DNA of 53,998 nucleotides from a virus (taxonomy: Duplodnaviria > Caudoviricetes). Under the pieces are notes generated by a model that saw only the letters and a program-made list of their open reading frames with translations, was not told where the DNA came from and made no database searches. This document shows, piece by piece, positions 47,448 to 53,998 of the stretch. The position numbers and the translations under genes were made by a program. How positions within the stretch are numbered: position 1 is the stretch's first letter; each line of letters begins with the position of its first letter. The stretch spans positions 1-53,998 of the IMG/VR virus record IMGVR_UViG_3300020182_000047, one strand, 5' to 3'.

Positions 47448-47725
47448 AAGTCATCATTGTCTAACATATGACCGTCATGAGACGCTTCATATTTTTCTAC
47501 AAGTTTATCTTGTAAAACTTCTGTAGTAACACGTTTAAGCTTTTCAATATAATTAACAGCATCCATAAGCTCTTCTTGTAAGTGTGTCATCCAAACATTA
47601 AGATCACCAGGATCTTGATCAAGAGTAACGCCATACTTTTTAAAGCCAACATTAGATCGCTCAACAAACTTATCTACAACGCTTTCTATAACTGGATCGC
47701 GAAATGTAATTTCTTTCTTAGTCAT
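47438..47725 (-). CDS. Small all-alpha nucleotide pyrophosphatase-like protein
   Basis: R...G.KKYG..L......W..HLQEELMDA.NY. Confidence 0.5.
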   Translation of the reverse strand: MTKKEITFRDPVIESVVDKFVERSNVGFKKYGVTLDQDPGDLNVWMTHLQEELMDAVNYIEKLKRVTTEVLQDKLVEKYEASHDGHMLDNDDLWQ

Positions 47726-47726
47726 A

Positions 47727-48488
47727 TTAAGATTCTTTTACAAATGTTCCGTTAATCATTTTGCCTTTTCTATTCTGAATTACATTGTATGCTGATTGTA
47801 CACAATCTTCAATTTTAAGATCTTCAAGCTTAGCTAAGTTTGTAAGAACAACTACGCAATCGCCAATAGCATCAATAATTTCAGGTTTATCTTTTTCAAG
47901 TATAGCTTTAGCTAATTCACCAACCTCTTCTAAAAGCTTTATATATTGCGTTTTACTATCACCCTTAGTATATATTCCCTTTGCAGCAGCCCATAAACGT
48001 ATATCGTCATATATATTAGGCGTGCTTTCTGCAAAATTTTCAGTAAATGCTTCATGAAATGCTTTATTATATACAAAAGAACGTTGTTTGTCATACATTG
48101 AAACTACAGAATTATGTTCAATCCATCTAATTGATTCAGTAGTTAATTGAAATTCTCCAAAAGATGTTTCCCATTTCATTCCAATGTTATCCATTAGATT
48201 GCCTTTTAATTTTTCTTTAGGAAAAGGGAAAGTTGTAGTTTGTTCGGTTACATTAATTTTCATTTGATTTGATTTTTTCTTTATTAAGTCTTTATATAAT
48301 TGTCTGTCCACTTTATATCCATAAGCCTTCTGTAAAGCTATTTCTCTTTTAGACACATAGTGTATATCGTCGGAAGATTCGACAACTTCATATTCGTTGG
48401 AATTGTAACCTTGAGCTTGAGTAACCCTTAATTCAAGATTACGTGTAACTCCGATTTTTTTACCAGGTATGTGATATATATGATACAT
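47727..48488 (-). CDS. MazG-like NTP pyrophosphohydrolase with N-terminal GIY-YIG-like extension
   Basis: C-terminal KLLEEVGELA...DAIGD..VVL; N-terminal YHIYHI..KKIGVT.NL..R. Confidence 0.75.
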   Translation of the reverse strand: MYHIYHIPGKKIGVTRNLELRVTQAQGYNSNEYEVVESSDDIHYVSKREIALQKAYGYKVDRQLYKDLIKKKSNQMKINVTEQTTTFPFPKEKLKGNLMDNIGMKWETSFGEFQLTTESIRWIEHNSVVSMYDKQRSFVYNKAFHEAFTENFAESTPNIYDDIRLWAAAKGIYTKGDSKTQYIKLLEEVGELAKAILEKDKPEIIDAIGDCVVVLTNLAKLEDLKIEDCVQSAYNVIQNRKGKMINGTFVKES

Positions 48489-48500
48489 AACAATTTGTTT

Positions 48501-49316
48501 TTACCCTACCGATAACGGCGCTAAGATTGAGGGGTGTGATTTATAATTATTTAAAGATACAGAATTATGCACAGGCATAAAGATAGCATCATTGTCAAGA
48601 TACAAACCGTGTTCTACTGAAATTGTTGGTAACTCATGCATATATCTTTCTAATTGCTCTGAAGCTTGCTTAATATGGTTGCTATAAAGATGACAATCAC
48701 CTAGTTGTCCAATTAGTGAACCCGCTTTTAATCCGTTGCCTTTAGCTAAAAATTCTAATAGCAATCCATACATTGCAATATCGTAAGGTAAACCTAAAAA
48801 TATATCTACAGAACGCTGTTGCCACATTAAATCTATAACACCATCATTAATATAAACTTGAAAACCATAATGGCAAGGAGGCAATGCCATATCATCCATT
48901 TCAATTGGATTCCATGCGCTAACTATAAGACGTCTTGAATCAGGATTAGACTTGATCTCAGCTAAAAGGTTTTTAAGCTGATCTACGCCTCCAAAATCGC
49001 GCCATTGCTTGCCGTATACAGGGCCTAAAGTATTATCTGTTCTACCTGATCTTTTGTAATCAGCATCCCAATAATGTACTTTATGGTCTTGCAAATAAGT
49101 TATGTCGGTTCTACCTTGTAAAATCCATAGGATTTCTGTTAAAGCAGCATTGAACCAAACTTTTTTTGTAGTAAGCAAAGGAAAGCCTTCGCTCATATCG
49201 TGTCTTATTGTTCTGCCGAATACACTTAGTGTGCCTGTGCCAGTACGATCACTTTTCTTTTTGCCTTGATATAAAACTTCAGACATTAATTTGTTATACT
49301 CTTCTTGGATATTCAT
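48501..49316 (-). CDS. thyA: Thymidylate synthase
   Basis: DRTGTGT, FPLLTTK, LGPVYG.QWR, MALPPCH, QRSVD.FLGLPY and HLY.NH motifs. Confidence 0.97.
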   Translation of the reverse strand: MNIQEEYNKLMSEVLYQGKKKSDRTGTGTLSVFGRTIRHDMSEGFPLLTTKKVWFNAALTEILWILQGRTDITYLQDHKVHYWDADYKRSGRTDNTLGPVYGKQWRDFGGVDQLKNLLAEIKSNPDSRRLIVSAWNPIEMDDMALPPCHYGFQVYINDGVIDLMWQQRSVDIFLGLPYDIAMYGLLLEFLAKGNGLKAGSLIGQLGDCHLYSNHIKQASEQLERYMHELPTISVEHGLYLDNDAIFMPVHNSVSLNNYKSHPSILAPLSVG

Positions 49317-49597
49317 TATTTATTGTGTTTGTTGTAATAATATAAACATGCTTTGTAATACTCTTGCCATACATTGTCTTTTGTATATACACTAGGTGAC
49401 AAATGAAAGGCTTTATAGTTTTCACCTATGCTTATGGCTATCTTCCATTTATCTGGATTTTGCACATAATCAATTGCTTGTAATCCTATTCTTATATTGT
49501 TTTTAAGACACCATTTATATGCAATAGCTTCTTCTTTATTTGCAATATAATTATCAGGCAAATTGTTTTTCTTTTTATTTTTTAATCCGCTACCCAT
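49316..49597 (-). CDS. Hypothetical protein
   Basis: Coupled between primase-helicase and thyA. Confidence 0.65.
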   Translation of the reverse strand: MGSGLKNKKKNNLPDNYIANKEEAIAYKWCLKNNIRIGLQAIDYVQNPDKWKIAISIGENYKAFHLSPSVYTKDNVWQEYYKACLYYYNKHNK

Positions 49598-51318
49598 TAT
49601 ATCTCCCAGGGCATTGCGTCTTTGTCAGCAATAGACTGACTAGGATCTCTTATAGGTAAAAAACAGCCTGACTTGTATTCCCATTTAAAATGAGCTTCAG
49701 CACCATTTTCTCCTAAGTTTTGAAACTTAACTTTAAGAACTTTACATTTAACTGTTTTGTTTTCGTAGTCTCTGTGAACTAATAAGCCGTGATAAGAAGC
49801 ATCATACCATTCACCACCGCCTTTAATGTTATACATTGTAGGCTCTTCAATTTTGCCATTAGCATCTTTATACATTTTAGTTGGATGTGCTACTACAATA
49901 ACTAAAACATCATATTTTTTTGCAAATATTTCAATCTTAGTTAGGTATTCAAGTGTATAAGCATTAACGTCACCAGAATTGCCGTCATAGTCTCTAACCT
50001 TATTAAAAGGATCAATAACTAAACACTTAATTCCTTTACGCTTAACAAGCTCAGCGCCTTTTCTAAGCACTCCTTCTAAGCTATATCTATCCATATCAAT
50101 ATGATAGAAGTTTGAATTGCAGTGATCTGCTACTTGATCCCATTTGCCGCTACCAATATCTTCCTTAGAAGGCATATCTCCCCATACTTTTCTCATTAAT
50201 TTATGGGCGTGCAAATATGTTGGCGCGTTTTCAGGAGAAGCAAAAGCTGTTTTCCAGCCATAATTCATATTATAGCCAACAACCATTTGATCAACAAAAT
50301 CAGACTTTCCACTACTAGGTATGCCAGTAACAGTAATAAACTGACCGGTATAAGTACTAAAAATATCGTCAAAATTTTTAAGGCCAACTTGGTAACCTGG
50401 TTTAAAACCATTTCTAACAAAATCTGTAATCTCATCTTCAATGTCTTTGAAGGTTGTAACTCCTTCGAGTGGAACTGGCTTTGCACCGGTAATACGCTGC
50501 GCCAAACTTTCTTTTCCATGTTTTAATAAATATTCGTTTGAATCTTTGCAGTCATCAAAAGTTGCTATAAAGCAAACTTCAGCCCCGAGTCTTCTAATAA
50601 ACTCGTTTTGCAAGGCCTGACCAGCCTCGTCTCCGTCTAATGCAAGTATTACTTTTTCTTTATCAGTAAAGTAATCTATACAGTTATCTAAATAATCTAA
50701 ATTGTTTGTTCCAAGAGTAGCTCCATTTGGTACAGATACAACATTTGGTATACCAGCTTCATGCAAACTAAGAGCATCCATTTCGCCTTCTACAATCACG
50801 CAATACTCATAACCCACTATTGCATTTATGTTATAAAAAACTTTTTCAGCACCTTTATAAAGCTTAAAGTTTTTGCGTCCATCTCTGTATTTTACATTTA
50901 TAAGCTCATCACCCATAAAATAGTTAAAATGAATAGCATTCTCTTCTTTGCTAGTTTGAGGCATAAATTCTTTGCCTTCAGTAACTTTAAGAGCTTTTAA
51001 TGTATCGTTTGATATTCCTCTACTTTGAAACCATTCTTGAACCTTAGTACTTACTTCTTTAGGTTGTATTGGTTCTGGCTTGATGTAGATCTTTTCAGCG
51101 TTTCCTTTGCGCTGGTATGTGTGTAGTTGAAATGTATTAGAGCAATGATGGCAAGTACCTAGCCCTCTTTCCCAATCATAAGATGCACATTTAGCTTTCT
51201 TATTTTCAGGTTTTCTATGTTCGGAACAAATAGGACAAATACCTTCTGGCTTACCTACTGGTAAATCATATTGGTTAAAATGTTCTATTTGAAATCCGTT
51301 TATCTCCGTTGTTTGCAT
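49597..51318 (-). CDS. Primase-helicase (T7 gp4/Twinkle-like)
   Basis: CPIC..CHHC Zn finger, TOPRIM EGEMDALS and DGDEAG, Walker A GIPSSGKS, and VIDPF. Confidence 0.93.
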   Translation of the reverse strand: MQTTEINGFQIEHFNQYDLPVGKPEGICPICSEHRKPENKKAKCASYDWERGLGTCHHCSNTFQLHTYQRKGNAEKIYIKPEPIQPKEVSTKVQEWFQSRGISNDTLKALKVTEGKEFMPQTSKEENAIHFNYFMGDELINVKYRDGRKNFKLYKGAEKVFYNINAIVGYEYCVIVEGEMDALSLHEAGIPNVVSVPNGATLGTNNLDYLDNCIDYFTDKEKVILALDGDEAGQALQNEFIRRLGAEVCFIATFDDCKDSNEYLLKHGKESLAQRITGAKPVPLEGVTTFKDIEDEITDFVRNGFKPGYQVGLKNFDDIFSTYTGQFITVTGIPSSGKSDFVDQMVVGYNMNYGWKTAFASPENAPTYLHAHKLMRKVWGDMPSKEDIGSGKWDQVADHCNSNFYHIDMDRYSLEGVLRKGAELVKRKGIKCLVIDPFNKVRDYDGNSGDVNAYTLEYLTKIEIFAKKYDVLVIVVAHPTKMYKDANGKIEEPTMYNIKGGGEWYDASYHGLLVHRDYENKTVKCKVLKVKFQNLGENGAEAHFKWEYKSGCFLPIRDPSQSIADKDAMPWEI

Positions 51319-51339
51319 CGGGTAAAAAAGTTAGAAGTT

Positions 51340-51379
51340 AATTAAAATAAAGGGAATGCTCCTCAACACTCCCCTTATT
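51340..51379 (-). terminator. Intrinsic terminator after SSB-like gene
   Basis: Minus strand AATAAGGGGAGTG-loop-CATTCCCTTTATT then TTAATT. Confidence 0.6.
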
Positions 51380-51398
51380 AACACACATTATGAAAGAA

Positions 51399-51722
51399 TT
51401 AAAATGGCAAATCATCCTGTGGCTGTGCAGCTGGTGGAGCTGCTTGAAAACCACCTTGTTGTGCTTGATTTTCTCTTGGCGCTGCGTCTACATTTGTTCC
51501 ATTAGACCAAACAACTTTTACATTTCCAAGATATACTCTATCAGCTTTCGCTTCTCTTTCTTCTTTTGACTGCTCAACAATTACTGGACCTTGATTTCCG
51601 TAATTGTCTACCGCGTCATTTAAAGTAATTGTAATAGGTAAATACTTACCTTTTTTACCTTCGATAATTTTGTCTTTTGGTATCGCGTTTAAGTTGATAC
51701 TCGTTTTAATAATTGATGCCAT
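51399..51722 (-). CDS. Putative single-stranded DNA-binding protein
   Basis: Beta-rich core, Gln/Ala/Pro linker and acidic DDLPF tail; follows the exonuclease and ERF genes. Confidence 0.65.
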   Translation of the reverse strand: MASIIKTSINLNAIPKDKIIEGKKGKYLPITITLNDAVDNYGNQGPVIVEQSKEEREAKADRVYLGNVKVVWSNGTNVDAAPRENQAQQGGFQAAPPAAQPQDDLPF

Positions 51723-51740
51723 AGTTTTAGTTTTAATTAA

Positions 51741-52481
51741 TTAAAGTGTTTTTGATATAAAATAATTCTTAGGATCGAAACTTTGATCCTTGTAGTACAA
51801 TCTGTACTGCTCAGCGGCTTCCTCAACTTTAAACTTACCACGTTCGAGGAACTGAGGGGAACAGTCAAAGATACCAATTTTTTTTGTTTTTTTATCTATT
51901 ACAAGGAAAATAAAATCCATTTTAAAATAACTTGAATATATAAATGCCTGGCTATCATAGTTATAGTTGCGAGCACTTTGTTCAAAACGTGTTATATCTC
52001 CACTTGTTTTAAGATCAACAATAATACCTTGAGTATTATTTTTAATGTCAGTTTTACATTTCCACCATTCACCCGCTAATTCTATAAGGCCTGGAATTTC
52101 GTACTCAACATCTATATCCCTAATTAAGCCATTTGCCGTTTCATTAGCCATTAACGTTTCATTCAAGGCTTGTAGCATATCCGCTTCATGTTGAAGTAAA
52201 CATATTTCAGGATTAGTTAAGGCTTTATATTCATTATTGTTACGGGTTTTTGCATCAATAATTTTATACCTATTCAGTTTTTCTGGTTCCAATACTAATG
52301 TATGGAAGTAAGCTCCTTTTACCAAGTTCGGATTAGCGGGCTGAGGTTGGTGTAACATAAGAGGATCAGTTAAAAGAGTTCCTATGTTAGAGTTAGATAA
52401 AAACTGTTTTCCAAAATCACCGTAATACAGTTCATCTTCTTCTAGCTTTTTTAGTATGTCATTTAACTGAGCCTTTTTCAT
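51741..52481 (-). CDS. PD-(D/E)xK exonuclease (RecE/exonuclease VIII-like)
   Basis: LSNS..., G.YFH...LEP, KCKTD...IVDLKT and Y..QA.IY motifs. Confidence 0.8.
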   Translation of the reverse strand: MKKAQLNDILKKLEEDELYYGDFGKQFLSNSNIGTLLTDPLMLHQPQPANPNLVKGAYFHTLVLEPEKLNRYKIIDAKTRNNNEYKALTNPEICLLQHEADMLQALNETLMANETANGLIRDIDVEYEIPGLIELAGEWWKCKTDIKNNTQGIIVDLKTSGDITRFEQSARNYNYDSQAFIYSSYFKMDFIFLVIDKKTKKIGIFDCSPQFLERGKFKVEEAAEQYRLYYKDQSFDPKNYFISKTL

Positions 52482-53005
52482 TATAGTGTTTTTAAAAGTT
52501 TAGGATCTACTTCGTATTTCTTTTTAATATCTTCTATAGTTCCTTTACCTGATTTAATAAATTCTTTTGCTTTTTCCAGGGCAACGCCTTCTAATTTAGG
52601 TTTAGTTACTGCTCTGCCGTGTTGGTTAGTAGCATCAGAATCAGCAGTATCATCTATTAATAATAGATTTCCAAGAGCATACTTTTTACCGTACGAGGAA
52701 CCGCTGCCGTATTGTTGTGGCACTTGCATACCTTTTTGATTTAAATCAACACCTACTAATGCGGTGGCAGATATTGTATCTGTTCCATCTGATATTGTTG
52801 CAACTGATTTAAACATTGGTACAGGATCTGTAGCGATTAGCTCTTCGTCTATTTTAAAATACACATTGTATTTATCATTAAACGGTTTAAGCCCTTCAAG
52901 TATATCCTCAGCAGATCTGAAGTTGTACTTACCAAATGAATTAAATCTACTTTTTTTCGATTTAAACTCTACTTGGATTTTACTTAGTTTTTCATGTAGT
53001 TTCAT
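52481..53005 (-). CDS. erf: ERF-family ssDNA annealing recombinase
   Basis: FGKYNFRSAEDILE, Q.YGS.SSY.KKYAL..L..IDD..DSD. Confidence 0.85.
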   Translation of the reverse strand: MKLHEKLSKIQVEFKSKKSRFNSFGKYNFRSAEDILEGLKPFNDKYNVYFKIDEELIATDPVPMFKSVATISDGTDTISATALVGVDLNQKGMQVPQQYGSGSSYGKKYALGNLLLIDDTADSDATNQHGRAVTKPKLEGVALEKAKEFIKSGKGTIEDIKKKYEVDPKLLKTL

Positions 53006-53027
53006 ATTAATTTAATTTAGTTATACA

Positions 53028-53789
53028 TCAAAGATAATCAATTACTTGCGAAGAATCTACATTTTCTATTAATTTTTGCACTGCTTGTTTCTTTATTTCA
53101 GAAATTCTTACATATGCACTTGATCCTTCTATATTTAATATTTCTGCTATTTTATTTGCAGAGTGTTTATCACAATTAAGTCCGTAGCTTAATCTTAATA
53201 CTTCAAATTCTCTTTTATCTAAATGCTTTTTTAATAGACTTGTTAAATATATATTAAGTAAAGCTATATTATAAGGTTCAGATTGATCTGGAATTTGATG
53301 CATCATATTTTCATCATCTTCATTAACTTGCTCGTCAATACTTAAGAATATAGAATTAAAAAACATAGCTACCATTGCTTTATCTTTACCTTCATCTTTT
53401 CTAATTTCATTTAGCTTATGCTCTGGTATTCTTATATCGCCTCTATTAATATCAATAGCTCTTCGTATTGACCCTTTTATTCTTTTTGATAGGAATGACT
53501 TTAATGTTTTTTCTGGGTCGTCAGATTCAGTTACTGTCTCCCAAATTATTTTGTCTACTGCTCTTATTAACCCAAGGGTTCCATCTTGAATAAGATCTGT
53601 AATATCCATAACACCTGATGCTTGATCTGAAGTTGAAAACTTCCTAGCAATGTTCTCTACCAATGGCAGGAAAGTAACAATTAGTTCGTCTCGTGTGTAA
53701 TCTTGAAATGCTTTAAACTCAATTAAATTAATTGATGCTTTAACATCATCTTTATACCTCACATAATTGCGAATGTTGTACTTTTTCAT
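53028..53789 (-). CDS. Phage sigma70-family RNA polymerase sigma factor
   Basis: LPLVENIARKF..DLIQDG.LGLIRAVDK (region 2), IRIP, and LDKREFEVLRLSYGL..IAEILNI (region 4). Confidence 0.88.
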   Translation of the reverse strand: MKKYNIRNYVRYKDDVKASINLIEFKAFQDYTRDELIVTFLPLVENIARKFSTSDQASGVMDITDLIQDGTLGLIRAVDKIIWETVTESDDPEKTLKSFLSKRIKGSIRRAIDINRGDIRIPEHKLNEIRKDEGKDKAMVAMFFNSIFLSIDEQVNEDDENMMHQIPDQSEPYNIALLNIYLTSLLKKHLDKREFEVLRLSYGLNCDKHSANKIAEILNIEGSSAYVRISEIKKQAVQKLIENVDSSQVIDYL

Positions 53790-53998
53790 TTTGTTGATTT
53801 AATAATTCTTTTTCATCTTTAAGTTCTTTGGTTATGTTTCGGTGTATGGTTCTAGTTGTGCAGCTTAATAGTTTAGCTATTTTTGTTATTGTTATTTTTT
53901 CGCCATTATCATTTATATAAAGCATCATATCATATATGTCTGCTTCTGTTACTCTTTTTGTTTTACCTATCATTTGGCCTACAATGCTAAGCTTTTCT
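53752..53998 (-). CDS. HTH DNA-binding protein, C-terminal part (5' truncated by window edge)
   Basis: Frame is open to the window end; ITITKIAKLLSCTTRTIHR helix-turn-helix. Confidence 0.65.
   Translation of the reverse strand, partial: EKLSIVGQMIGKTKRVTEADIYDMMLYINDNGEKITITKIAKLLSCTTRTIHRNITKELKDEKELLNQQNEKVQHSQLCEV

Noticed and set aside
1-53998. CRISPR array, tRNA/rRNA genes, integrase, introns/inteins or alternative genetic code
   Set aside because: I saw no regularly spaced repeats or cloverleaf-like segments by eye. Core genes are uninterrupted and of normal length in code 11. tRNAscan/Infernal were not run.

Overview
This 54-kb window is an AT-rich fragment of a tailed dsDNA phage genome in the standard genetic code. 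Podovirus-like and crAss-related structural modules, plus A-rich leaders without Shine-Dalgarno sites, point to a Bacteroidota (Flavobacteria-like) host. The + strand (1-43504) is the late/structural block: tail fibres and their chaperones, GroEL/GroES, a lysis and small-protein cluster, terminase, portal, scaffold, major capsid, tail/ring proteins and three putative ejection proteins, the last being 2428 aa. The - strand (43603-53998) is the replication and nucleotide block: nrdA/nrdB, endonuclease, MazG-like protein, thyA, primase-helicase, SSB-like protein, exonuclease, ERF and a sigma factor. A bidirectional terminator separates the two blocks. Five signals stand out. (1) An in-frame G GGA AAG slippery site and GC-rich pseudoknot-like element near the start of the giant gene could yield an 80-aa Cys-rich -1 frameshift product. 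(2) The giant protein looks polyvalent, with HExxH peptidase, sigma region-2-like and PD-(D/E)xK nuclease-like segments bounded by K(F/S)S(K/S) linkers. (3) Several small proteins share an N-terminal MAFK..SP leader, a candidate capsid-targeting signal. (4) A basic 44-aa gene appears overprinted inside the scaffold gene. (5) A lipoprotein-like ORF appears overprinted inside terL. All functional calls come from motif reading only; no searches were run.
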